A DNA stretch of 28,521 bases from Methanobacterium sp. (GTDB lineage: Archaea; Methanobacteriota; Methanobacteria; Methanobacteriales; Methanobacteriaceae). The position numbers and the translations under genes are program-made. The stretch spans positions 39,450 to 67,970 of the forward strand of contig PMWA01000067.1 in the NCBI GenBank assembly GCA_003166335.1. Reading direction: 5' to 3'. A model generated the notes under the pieces. The model saw only the letters and a list, made by a program, of their open reading frames with translations. It made no database searches and was not told where the DNA came from. The first letter of the stretch is position 1; each line of letters opens with the position of its first letter. Shown here piece by piece: positions 1 to 8,633 of this stretch.

Positions 1-921
1 AAAATAATTTTTCATTCTCTCTTCAATTAATATTTTCTCACCTTGAAAAGCTCCTTTATGCTCCATTTTAAGGGATGAGACAAGAGATGCGAAAATACCG
101 CACACTTCAGGATTATCTGATTCTAGCTTCTCCGCAGCATAAGCAGCCATAAATGTATCACCCAATCCTGTGGGATCCGTTATTTCTTTAGGGGTAAATG
201 CTGGTATATTTAAGGGTTCATTGACTTTTTTTAATGGTTCATTGAATTTTGTTTTCCTAGAATATATTAAGGCTCCGTTGTCGCCTCGAGTTATAATCAC
301 TTCTTCAGGCCCAAAAGAGGTTAATTTTCGAGCGATTTCACCACAATTATCTGTATGCATGCCTAGTATCACTCTGGCTTCCATTTCATCTAAAAATAGT
401 AGTTTAATAAATTTCAGGAATTTTTTATAATCATTCCATGGTTTTAAAACCACTTTTCCATTCTCAGTGTGCCTCATATATCCTTGAGCACCAAGATATA
501 TTGGTATTTTAAATTGGCTAATATATTCCAATGTATTTAATGGTATATCTGAAGGAGAAAGTGGAGAAAGCAGTATAGCATCAAAATCCTTGAAATTAAT
601 TTTAGAAATAGTATCCGGATTTATAGGATTATTTGGAATGAAAGCTCGCTGAATCCTGTGATTAGGATTATCGTCAGGATATATATTTTCAAATTCCATT
701 GTTTCTTTAGTACAAATAGGGATAATATCTGTATCCTTTGGTAAATCCTTTATTAAATCATCATCTTTTTCTGCCAAGGTCGTTATTACTGTGTTATCTA
801 TTCCTAGTCTGGAAAAGACTGCTGTTTGATAATAAACAGCCCCTCCAATAGCTGGGTAGATATTATCATTTTTAACGATTTTATCCTTGGCTAAAGGCCC
901 TAGAATAATAAATTTTGCCAT
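1..921 (-). CDS. PfkB/ribokinase-family carbohydrate kinase (3' end runs off the window)
   Basis: Manual translation from ATG at 921: MAKFIILGPLAKDKI...IGGAVYY...EEVIITRGDNGALIY...DPTGLGDTFMAAY. The frame is open to position 1 and has the PfkB C-terminal signature DxxGxGD. Absent from the ORF track because no stop lies in the window. Confidence 0.9.
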   Translation of the reverse strand, partial: MAKFIILGPLAKDKIVKNDNIYPAIGGAVYYQTAVFSRLGIDNTVITTLAEKDDDLIKDLPKDTDIIPICTKETMEFENIYPDDNPNHRIQRAFIPNNPINPDTISKINFKDFDAILLSPLSPSDIPLNTLEYISQFKIPIYLGAQGYMRHTENGKVVLKPWNDYKKFLKFIKLLFLDEMEARVILGMHTDNCGEIARKLTSFGPEEVIITRGDNGALIYSRKTKFNEPLKKVNEPLNIPAFTPKEITDPTGLGDTFMAAYAAEKLESDNPEVCGIFASLVSSLKMEHKGAFQGEKILIEERMKNYF

Positions 922-1239
922 AATTTATGTTTTGAATGATGGTATTAAATATAATTTAAGGATTTCAAAAAAAGAATTGCTCTCATAAAACAGTTATAGT
1001 TAATGAAATTAAAAATTTAATTCAAATAATATTGTTTTTCCGTTGTTAATTTTCATAAATCTTGTTTAACCTCAATAATCTATAAAAACTAGAATTTATT
1101 TAAAAATTGGATTTTAAGTATTCAATTCATAATTTCAGTAATATTAAAATATTAAATCTAAATAGTTAATCATTATAAAATATGTTTATATAATAATAAT
1201 TCATTAGGTTAACCGTTTATAAATTTAGGAGGTTTAAAA

Positions 1240-2616
1240 ACGGAAATTAATCTTCAGAAATTAGGTATACCATTAGCTATAATAATCTTCGTAATTGTAA
1301 TGCTGATACCGTTGCCTGGTTTGACTTATGCCGGCCATGCGTCAATTGCTCTTTTACTCTTCGCCATAGTGATGTGGGTAACTGAAGCACTACATTTAGC
1401 AGTTACATCACTGTTATTACTGTTTATTCAGCCCGTGATTGGTGTGGCTACATTTACCAATGCAGTTATTGGTTTTGCTAATCCCATCATCTTCCTGATG
1501 ATTGGAGGTTTCATAATTGCAGAAGCAATCCGTAGAAGCGGACTTGCAGCACGTCTAACTTTCAACATGCTCAGCAGATTCGGTACCACTCCAGATAGAG
1601 CTATTTTCGTGGTAGTATGGTCAACCGGACTTCTATCAGCTTTCATTGAAAACGTAGTAGCCTATGCTATGCTGCTACCCATCATCAAGGAAATCATACC
1701 CTTAATGGGAGTGCACGATCCTGAAAAAGGTGAAAGTAACCTTGCCAAGTCTCTGGCTTTGGGTGGTTCATACGGTTCTCTTGCAGGAGGATTCGGAACA
1801 GAAATAGGAACCGCACCCAACCTGATGGCAGCAGCATACACCCACTTACCATTTGTAAACTGGATGATCTTCGGTTTCCCACTAGCATTCATCCTGATGG
1901 CCATCATCTGGAAATGGCTGGGATTCATTTTCAAATCCGAGATCAAAGGAGTAGTCGGTGGAATGGAAACAGTAAACGCTAAAAAAGCATCCTTAGGACC
2001 CATAAGTAGGGATGAAAAAATCACCATAGGCGTACTCGCCTTCACCATTGCATTATGGGTTACCACCCAATGGAATGGTCTAGACAGTTTCTCAGTGGCA
2101 TTAATCGGTGCAGTGCTATTATTCGTATTTAGAGTGATTGATTGGCAGGACGCGCAGGAAGGTGTGGACTGGGGTCTTATAATATTCTTCGGAGGAGCAC
2201 TTTCACTAGGAGCGGCGTTACTCAACAGCGGAGCTGCAACATGGCTGGTAAATTATATTGTAGCATTTTTAGGACCACACGCAACCACTTTGCTCATCAT
2301 GGTGGTATTGATGGTAATAGCAGTCAGCATAACACAGGTCATGTCTAACATTGCATTAGCAGCTATACTCGTGCCAATAGCAGTTACCCTAGCAACCGCT
2401 CAACATCAACCAATCGGAATTTACGCAGTACCCGTAGCAATAGCATGTTCACTGTCTTACATGTTACCAATGGCAGATCCAACAGTTGCCATGGCTTACG
2501 GAACCAAATACGTCGGTATTCCAGAGATATTCAAAGCAGGATTGCCACTGGTCGTAATAGGAATCATAGTGACCATAATCGTAATCCAAACAATAGCACT
2601 ACCATTCATATCATAA
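1240..2616 (+). CDS. SLC13/DASS (divalent anion:sodium symporter) family transporter; probable start is ACG at 1240 rather than ATG at 1300
   Basis: Multi-TM protein with DASS-type motifs ([32 protein letters not shown]). SD AGGAGGT at 1227-1233 precedes in-frame ACG-GAA-ATT-AAT..., which adds a hydrophobic N-terminal helix ([19 protein letters not shown]). Confidence 0.9.
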   Translation, partial: TEINLQKLGIPLAIIIFVIVMLIPLPGLTYAGHASIALLLFAIVMWVTEALHLAVTSLLLLFIQPVIGVATFTNAVIGFANPIIFLMIGGFIIAEAIRRSGLAARLTFNMLSRFGTTPDRAIFVVVWSTGLLSAFIENVVAYAMLLPIIKEIIPLMGVHDPEKGESNLAKSLALGGSYGSLAGGFGTEIGTAPNLMAAAYTHLPFVNWMIFGFPLAFILMAIIWKWLGFIFKSEIKGVVGGMETVNAKKASLGPISRDEKITIGVLAFTIALWVTTQWNGLDSFSVALIGAVLLFVFRVIDWQDAQEGVDWGLIIFFGGALSLGAALLNSGAATWLVNYIVAFLGPHATTLLIMVVLMVIAVSITQVMSNIALAAILVPIAVTLATAQHQPIGIYAVPVAIACSLSYMLPMADPTVAMAYGTKYVGIPEIFKAGLPLVVIGIIVTIIVIQTIALPFIS

Positions 2617-2651
2617 AGAACCGATAGTACCCAAAAAAACAACAAACAACT

Positions 2652-2709
2652 ATTTGCGGGAAAAAATATATATTAAAAAAAATTATTCCTGCAAATTACA
2701 CATTTTTTT
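2652..2709 (+). terminator. Putative terminator hairpin plus T-tract after the DASS gene
   Basis: ATTTGCGGGAA (2652-2662) pairs with TTCCTGCAAAT (2686-2696) with one G:U pair, followed by T7 at 2703-2709. Confidence 0.45.
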
Positions 2710-2810
2710 CCAAATTTTATTTTTTAGATTGATTTAATATTTCAGTATTCTATTAAAGTAGAAATATAAGTTGAAATATAATAATAATATAATAATTGGA
2801 GATAAAAAAT

Positions 2811-3296
2811 ATGTACCAAAAAATATTGTTAGCAACAGACGGATCTGAACAGGCTGAAAAAGCAGGAGAATATGCAATATCCACTGCTGATTTTACAGGT
2901 GCTGATATCATCGTTTTATACGTGATTGACACTTATTTATGGGGAGGACTGCATATGCATAGTACAGATAGAAGTTATCTGGATGCTTTACCACAACATG
3001 ATCTAAGGGAGAAACTGGATAAACAATTAAGAGAAGAAGGGGAAAAGGCTGTTGAAAGTTTCAAAGATAAATTGGAAGAAACACAATGCGCCGGTAAATG
3101 TACCAACGTCAACCTCATCACTATGATTAAAGAAGGCAAACCCTCCGATGTAATACTCAAAACTATAGAAGAGGAAGGAATAGATCAAGTAATAATGGGA
3201 AAATCAGGTAAACATGGGCTGGATAAATTCGTATTGGGAAGCACTGCAGACAAAGTGGTGAGAGAAGCAGAAGTTCCAGTCAATGTAATATCTTAA
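2811..3296 (+). CDS. Universal stress protein (UspA family)
   Basis: MYQKILLATDGS N-terminus and the ATP-binding G-2x-G-9x-GS motif (MGKSGKHGLDKFVLGSTADKVVR). SD GGAG at about 2798 favours ATG 2811 over TTG 2796. Confidence 0.95.
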   Translation: MYQKILLATDGSEQAEKAGEYAISTADFTGADIIVLYVIDTYLWGGLHMHSTDRSYLDALPQHDLREKLDKQLREEGEKAVESFKDKLEETQCAGKCTNVNLITMIKEGKPSDVILKTIEEEGIDQVIMGKSGKHGLDKFVLGSTADKVVREAEVPVNVIS

Positions 3297-3439
3297 ATAT
3301 TTTTAACTTGTCAAAAATATTCAAAAGTAAGAATAGGATTATTTAATTTTTAAACTTGTTTTGGGATGTAATAATAAGCGTTTAACTGAATAATCTTATT
3401 TTTTTCAAATGTTTGGGTCAAAAACTCTTTTGAATTTGC

Positions 3440-3477
3440 ATCTCATCCTTAACTAATAAGGAGAATGATTTTGAGAT
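3440..3477. terminator. Imperfect hairpin between the convergent USP and PAS genes
   Basis: ATCTCA...CCTTA-ACTAA-TAAGG...TGAGAT nested inverted repeat. Confidence 0.3.
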
Positions 3478-3552
3478 TTTTTCTATAATCATCAGCTCTG
3501 TTTACGATTTAAATCAGTTTCTAACTATCACTGCTTTTTCTTAATTCTCGTT

Positions 3553-5010
3553 CTAACTTTTTGTGTTAGTTATATCTCGCCAGTAGATAGAGATCCCGTC
3601 AACCGATGTATACACACTAAAGTCGAACCAGTGGTCATGCTTGTTTAAGCCTGGCTCTTTAAAGTGCTGAATTTCTTGTTTATCCATCGCTTTGCGGAAA
3701 GTTGTTTCATAAGTGGTTCCAATGAGTTCGGGAAATCTTTCCCATAAATTTTGACCTATTAAGTCTTCAGGTTCTACACAAGCGTATTCCGCTGCACGTC
3801 GATTCACATAAATAAGATTCCAATAATGATTCAATGAAATGAATCCATCCTGAATGCTATCTAAAATTTCGGTTATTTGATGTTTACTGTGAGCAAGTTC
3901 TTCTTCTGCTTTTTTACGTTCAGTATCATCAAAAACATACCCCTTAACCTGGATCAGTACACCCGAATCACTGAAAATACCCACAACATTAGCAACAACA
4001 TGAATTCTCATACCATCAGATCTTCTTTGCCAACTATGAAAACCTTTGATCTTACGTTCACTCTTAAGACGAGTAATCAGATAGGGCCAGTCAAAGGAGT
4101 TGAAATTTGAAATATTCAACTGATCAACCTTTTTACAATCATCTAAGCCGTAAATATCTGCAAATGAGGGATTACATTCAAGAATTTTACCATCAAGTGT
4201 TGCAATAAAGTCACCCGTCAAATCATCATCAAAAAGACGATGATACTTCTCCTCACTCCTCCGAAGAGACTCCTCAGCATTTTTACGATCAGTATCATCA
4301 AAAACATACCCCTTAACCTGGATCAATACACCCGAATCACTGAAAATACCCACAACATTAGCAACAACATGAATTTCCTTACCATCAGGTCTCCTCTGCC
4401 AACTCTGATAACCTTTAATCTTACATTCACTCTTCAACCGAGCAATCAAATTAACCCAATCCGATGAGTTGAATATTGAAAAATCTGATCCAACAGCCTG
4501 ATCACTCCTATCAAAACCATAAATCTCCACAAATGAAGAGTTACATTCAAGAATTATCCCTTCAGGCGTTGCAATAAAGTCACCCGTCAAATCATCATCA
4601 AAAAGACGATGATACTTCTCCTCACTCCTCCGAAGAGACTCCTCAGATTTTTTACGTCCCGTGATATCCTGGATTTGAACTAAAAACCCAGAATCAATTA
4701 CAGAAACAATCCATTTAAAAACAAAAGTAGTTCTAGATTTTTTTGAAGTATAAAGATCAGTGTTTTTGATATTTTCGATGTCTATTTGTGTTTGAAATTT
4801 AATTAATCCGTTCTTCAGTAATTTTTCATCATTTGAAGCTATGTTTGGATTATCAAATAAATTATATTTTTCACTATCATCTAATGAAGGAATTCCGGCA
4901 ATTTTTAAAGCTAGTTTATTTGCATCGACTAATTTTCCGTATTTATCACAAAAAAGGATTCCAATAGGTGAGTTATTAAATAGTTCTCTGAAGTTATTGT
5001 GGTTGTTTAC
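3553..5010 (-). CDS. Multi-PAS (4 PAS/PAC) sensory protein with no output domain. It lacks a canonical start and has a frameshifted C-terminal linker, so it may be a pseudogene
   Basis: The frame is open for 140 codons upstream of the called TTG (4590) and encodes a further PAS domain (FRELFNNSPIGILFCDKYGKLVDAN...VQIQDITGRKKSEE). DIT/DDT PAC ends occur four times. The upstream in-frame stop is TGA at 5025-5023. Confidence 0.85.
   Translation of the reverse strand, partial: VNNHNNFRELFNNSPIGILFCDKYGKLVDANKLALKIAGIPSLDDSEKYNLFDNPNIASNDEKLLKNGLIKFQTQIDIENIKNTDLYTSKKSRTTFVFKWIVSVIDSGFLVQIQDITGRKKSEESLRRSEEKYHRLFDDDLTGDFIATPEGIILECNSSFVEIYGFDRSDQAVGSDFSIFNSSDWVNLIARLKSECKIKGYQSWQRRPDGKEIHVVANVVGIFSDSGVLIQVKGYVFDDTDRKNAEESLRRSEEKYHRLFDDDLTGDFIATLDGKILECNPSFADIYGLDDCKKVDQLNISNFNSFDWPYLITRLKSERKIKGFHSWQRRSDGMRIHVVANVVGIFSDSGVLIQVKGYVFDDTERKKAEEELAHSKHQITEILDSIQDGFISLNHYWNLIYVNRRAAEYACVEPEDLIGQNLWERFPELIGTTYETTFRKAMDKQEIQHFKEPGLNKHDHWFDFSVYTSVDGISIYWRDITNTKS
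3920..4646. repeat. Tandem internal duplication, period 369 bp (123 aa, PAS2/PAS3)
   Basis: 4199-4277 equals 4568-4646 (79 bp identical). 3920-4006 and 4289-4375 match over 87 bp with one mismatch. The intervening segments are clearly diverged. Confidence 0.95.
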
Positions 5011-5081
5011 CTTAATTCCCCCTCAAAAGATCAGCTTAAGCTCAATATTATCATTTTATATTCTGATAGAAATAAAATTTA

Positions 5082-5780
5082 TTAAATTTTTTTGAAAGGA
5101 TGTATGATTTGGCCGGAATGTAAAGCGGATCCTAACAGGAATTTATTTATACCTCTTTGATGTAATTTTTCCATATCGTTTAGGTTTATGCCGCCGCCTA
5201 GGATGAGATAATCTTCCCAATTTTTCATTTCATTTAATAGTTTTTGGTTGAAACCTCTTTGTGTTCCCACACCTGAAATATCTAGAATAATTATTTCATC
5301 AGGTTTTAATTCCTTCAGCTTTTTTTCGAATTTTTTTAAGGTTAAATCGGATTTTTTGCTTAGAATTCGTCCTTCCTTGCTGTCTAAGCTTATAATCAGT
5401 TTTCTTTTAGAAAACGTTTTGAAGATCTCATCCAGATTTTTAAAGCTTTTAAGAGTTTCAGTGGCTACTATAACTTTATCTACAACTTTTAAAAGATTAT
5501 TAACTTCATTAACGTTATTGGCACCAGCATCCAGAATTACGGGGATGATTTTATTTATTTTCTTTATAATATCATGATTGGAGCCTTGTCCTTCAATGGC
5601 ATCTAGGTCCGCTATATAAATACGTTTGGCTCCCTGTTCTTTAAGAGTTCTAGCTATTTCAACTGGATTAGATGATTGAGAATAAACAGTTTTTAAGGGT
5701 TTATAATTACTTCTCTCCCCTGATTTTCCAGATACTGCTATTCCAGATTTTAAATCCAGCACAGGTATTATTTCCATCAT
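5082..5780 (-). CDS. HisA/HisF-related TIM-barrel protein (hisAF-related archaeal/methylotroph family)
   Basis: IIPVLDLKSGIAVSGKSGERSNYKP, IYIADLDAI, LDISGVGT, LGGGI and LLGSALHSG motifs. Confidence 0.85.
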   Translation of the reverse strand: MMEIIPVLDLKSGIAVSGKSGERSNYKPLKTVYSQSSNPVEIARTLKEQGAKRIYIADLDAIEGQGSNHDIIKKINKIIPVILDAGANNVNEVNNLLKVVDKVIVATETLKSFKNLDEIFKTFSKRKLIISLDSKEGRILSKKSDLTLKKFEKKLKELKPDEIIILDISGVGTQRGFNQKLLNEMKNWEDYLILGGGINLNDMEKLHQRGINKFLLGSALHSGQIIHPFKKI

Positions 5781-5859
5781 ATTAAAAATAAAAAAATTTA
5801 ATCGAATTTCACTTTTTTATGGGGATTAATAAAAAATTTTTTTTATAAGACTTAGAATA

Positions 5860-6126
5860 TTATTTTTGATAAATAAATTTCCTAATATTCTTTAATGTCA
5901 CGTCAATTGCTTCCTCGACTATAATATTTTCATTTACCGATGATAATTCATCCAAATCTAAATCTACAATGATATTCACGTCTAAAATTTCATCGTATGC
6001 AAATTCTACATTTATATTAAGATCGAGAATTTCTTTTTTGGAAACCTTAGAAAAAATAAAGTTTTCTGCGGATTCTACCGCAAGTTCTGAGAGTTCATCT
6101 AATTCCTGGTCAGTTAATCTTCTCAA
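5860..6126 (-). CDS. DUF3194-family hypothetical protein
   Basis: Acidic 88-aa ORF (AENFIFSKVSKKEILDLNINV). Its TTG start overlaps the pfdB stop. The position after pfdB is the usual one in methanogens. Confidence 0.7.
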   Translation of the reverse strand: MRRLTDQELDELSELAVESAENFIFSKVSKKEILDLNINVEFAYDEILDVNIIVDLDLDELSSVNENIIVEEAIDVTLKNIRKFIYQK

Positions 6127-6488
6127 TTACCTAACCCCGGCTGTAATCCCGAGCCTTGCATTGCGTCCTGTAAGGATGTCTGCATTTCTTGCAGTTTTTT
6201 CATTATCTTTTCTTCTTGACGCTGGACTGTTTTCTCTCGGAGATGAAGTGTCTCTATTTTATCCTCTAACTCCTTAGTTACATCAACTTTATCTACTTTT
6301 ATAAGCAGGTTACCTGCAGTTTTATAAACGTCAGAATCGTCTTCAACATTCTTTAATTCTTCGAGTGCTTTTTCAGATTCTCTTATTTGGAGTTCAACAT
6401 TTTGCTTTTGCATGGTTATGGCTTGCGCCTGTTGTTGCATTTGTTGAAATTGAGCTATTTGATGCTGGACATTTTTAGGAACTTCCAT
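6123..6488 (-). CDS. pfdB: Prefoldin beta subunit
   Basis: Gln-rich coiled coils flanking the VYKTAGNLLIK hairpin; SD GAGGTGA. Confidence 0.97.
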   Translation of the reverse strand: MEVPKNVQHQIAQFQQMQQQAQAITMQKQNVELQIRESEKALEELKNVEDDSDVYKTAGNLLIKVDKVDVTKELEDKIETLHLREKTVQRQEEKIMKKLQEMQTSLQDAMQGSGLQPGLGN

Positions 6489-6578
6489 TTTTTATTCACC
6501 TCATTTATACTAAAAAATTTCATTTATCTTAATTTTATATTTTAAACTTTTATTTTATAATTAAATAATAAGTAAAAA

Positions 6579-6830
6579 TTATTTAAGTTTTAGAACATCA
6601 TATGATAGTCTTATCCATCTTAAATAAGAATTTATAGCTGCTCTGAGGGAAGTTACATCAGCAGCATCTATTTCCATCTTCAATATATTATTCACTTGTT
6701 TGAAGTGGGTGGATGATCTTTGTGAAGGTGCTGAGGCGATTTCAGGTTCTAAAGATTTTAATATTACTTCAGCTTCCCATTGATTTTCAAATTCCATTTC
6801 AAATTCAGCTTTAACACTTTCCAAAGTCAT
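6579..6830 (-). CDS. pcc1: KEOPS complex subunit Pcc1
   Basis: SLEPE...RS...IDAADVTSLRAAINSYLRWI motif; superoperon position. Confidence 0.92.
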   Translation of the reverse strand: MTLESVKAEFEMEFENQWEAEVILKSLEPEIASAPSQRSSTHFKQVNNILKMEIDAADVTSLRAAINSYLRWIRLSYDVLKLK

Positions 6831-6835
6831 TGATT

Positions 6836-7330
6836 TTAAACATCCATGGGGTTTAAACAGTGCTTTAGATAAATTTTAGGACCAGTTAGATGACTATTCT
6901 GATCATAGAATTCAACTACTCCTTCACTGCCTTTACGTCCATTTTTAATCACTATTAAATTGGACGTTGATCTTTCAGCAGCAGCAAAGATTCCTAAAAT
7001 GGGAATTATATCCTTTTTCAATTCTTCTATTTCACATCTAATGCTTAATTTATCTTTCTCTATTTTTCCAGAGAAAGATGTAATAGAAACCATTACATTA
7101 AGTGATATAAGTGAATCTCCATTTGAATTCAAGATTTCTATCCTACTAGGATTACCTTTCATTTCTGATATGATGATTATCCTATTAAAATTTAGTTGAG
7201 ACGATTTAATTAAGACGTCACGTAGGCTCATCTTACCCCGATTTATATATTTCGCATTTAAAACTCTTTCAAGACTTCTAGCGAATGTTCTAGTCCTTTG
7301 GGATGGCTTCCTCGACGTTGTTATCAACAT
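6836..7330 (-). CDS. Brix-domain (Imp4-like) ribosome biogenesis protein
   Basis: MLITTSRKPSQRTRTF...YINRGKMSL...GNPSRI signature. Confidence 0.93.
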   Translation of the reverse strand: MLITTSRKPSQRTRTFARSLERVLNAKYINRGKMSLRDVLIKSSQLNFNRIIIISEMKGNPSRIEILNSNGDSLISLNVMVSITSFSGKIEKDKLSIRCEIEELKKDIIPILGIFAAAERSTSNLIVIKNGRKGSEGVVEFYDQNSHLTGPKIYLKHCLNPMDV

Positions 7331-7354
7331 TTTTACGTTCCAAATTGGAACTAA

Positions 7355-7486
7355 TTATCTGGATTTTAAAGTTCTTTTTACAGTGGGTACCTCTTTAAAT
7401 AAGATCCTATACCTGCAACTGGGACATTTGGATTCAGTGTACCCTTTAACGTCTACTAAAGTTCCGCATTTAGCACATTTATACAA
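7355..7486 (-). CDS. rpoP: DNA-directed RNA polymerase subunit P (Rpo12)
   Basis: Manual translation from [46 protein letters not shown] (43 aa). It has a CxxC...CxxC Zn ribbon plus YRILFK, and SD GGAGG upstream. Below the ORF-track cutoff. Confidence 0.96.
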   Translation of the reverse strand: MYKCAKCGTLVDVKGYTESKCPSCRYRILFKEVPTVKRTLKSR

Positions 7487-7488
7487 TT

Positions 7489-7758
7489 CTATAAACCTCC
7501 CACAATCCGTTTTATATTTCTAGCGGCTGTCTTACCCATGGGTGTGGCGGGGAGGTATGCTCCACCAGTGAATACTGCATTACATTTACGGCATTTCCAG
7601 ATACCGCTTGAAACTCTTTTCACTGCAGGTCTGTCACATTGAGGGCATGTATGCTTCTTTTTCATATTTTCTTCTATCGATTTAACGGTTCTTTTAGCTT
7701 TTCTACCGTATCGGGGGCCGAATCTTCCGGTTATACACACTTTCTTTGTTCTTGCCAT
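7489..7758 (-). CDS. rpl37ae: 50S ribosomal protein L37Ae (eL43)
   Basis: [12 protein letters not shown]...GIWKCRKC and FTGGAY motifs. Confidence 0.98.
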   Translation of the reverse strand: MARTKKVCITGRFGPRYGRKAKRTVKSIEENMKKKHTCPQCDRPAVKRVSSGIWKCRKCNAVFTGGAYLPATPMGKTAARNIKRIVGGL

Positions 7759-7829
7759 TTTTTAATTCACCTTGATAAAATTTTTTGTAAAGTATTTTAG
7801 AATATTTTTTTTTTAAGAATTCAATTATT

Positions 7830-8627
7830 TTAATTTTTTGGTAAATGTTCTCTAAGTTCTTTAGTAATCTCCTGAGACTTAGAAATAGCCATAATTACTT
7901 CTTCCTTAGTTAATGGATTTGCTCCGCCCTTCTGCATTGCACATATACTTCCATCTTCTCTTATTCCGATTGAAATTCTGGCATCCATAATTTGCTCCTC
8001 TTCTAAGGATGGATCAACTATTAATTCACCACCTATTTTGGCGAAAGTAGTCATTAAAGCCTTTTCTTTAACTGGTAAAGAAATCATTTTCTCATGATCA
8101 ACTATGATTTCTCCATCCTCAATTCTGGTTTCTGGTATTTTGGTGTTAATAAGTGCAGCTATACTCCCTAAAACCGCTGCATCTATAAGGTTTCCATCAT
8201 AATCCAGCACATGAAGATCTAAGAATATCATCCATACTTTTTCTCCTTCAATTATAACTAATTTGTCCAGATCCACGACTCCAGCTTCCCTTATACAACG
8301 ATCTGTAACACGGGACAATTCTACTGAACGTTCATCAGGTGGTCCTGGTTCAAAATCAGGAGCTGCCATCGGTAATAATTCAGAGTTAGTCATCAGCACC
8401 CCTACATTGGGCGTATCAGGGAATGGTTCACCTATTTGGGGTTTAGTACCAATCATTATTTGAGTGTTACCTATTTTAACTCTTGCAGATCCCTCAGCTT
8501 TCTCTATAACTCCCGTTTCTAGGGAAATACCCCGGTACTCATAGAATGCTCTGCCATCACTTCTCTCCCCATTCTTCACTAAATTTGTAATGCTTTCTCT
8601 TATTATTTCAGGAATAATAGTAACCAT
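7830..8627 (-). CDS. rrp42: Exosome complex component Rrp42
   Basis: RNase PH fold: [40 protein letters not shown]. Confidence 0.97.
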   Translation of the reverse strand: MVTIIPEIIRESITNLVKNGERSDGRAFYEYRGISLETGVIEKAEGSARVKIGNTQIMIGTKPQIGEPFPDTPNVGVLMTNSELLPMAAPDFEPGPPDERSVELSRVTDRCIREAGVVDLDKLVIIEGEKVWMIFLDLHVLDYDGNLIDAAVLGSIAALINTKIPETRIEDGEIIVDHEKMISLPVKEKALMTTFAKIGGELIVDPSLEEEQIMDARISIGIREDGSICAMQKGGANPLTKEEVIMAISKSQEITKELREHLPKN

Positions 8628-8633
8628 TCTTAA

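Noticed and set aside
2933..2978. USP insert as a bulge-helix-bulge intron
   Set aside because: I could not build a 3-4-3 bulge-helix-bulge at the junctions, and the insert keeps the frame. Kept only as an insertion finding.
3920..4646. Long direct repeats as a possible CRISPR array, diversity-generating retroelement template/variable pair or mobile-element ends
   Set aside because: They are in-frame 123-aa PAS duplications inside one gene. There are no spacers, no adenine-specific mismatch pattern, and no reverse transcriptase or cas gene in the window.
3553..5025. Selenocysteine or pyrrolysine readthrough at the PAS gene's TAG (3553) or upstream TGA (5023)
   Set aside because: The continuation is in a different frame rather than in-frame readthrough, and the TGA overlaps the SD, so it lies outside the CDS.
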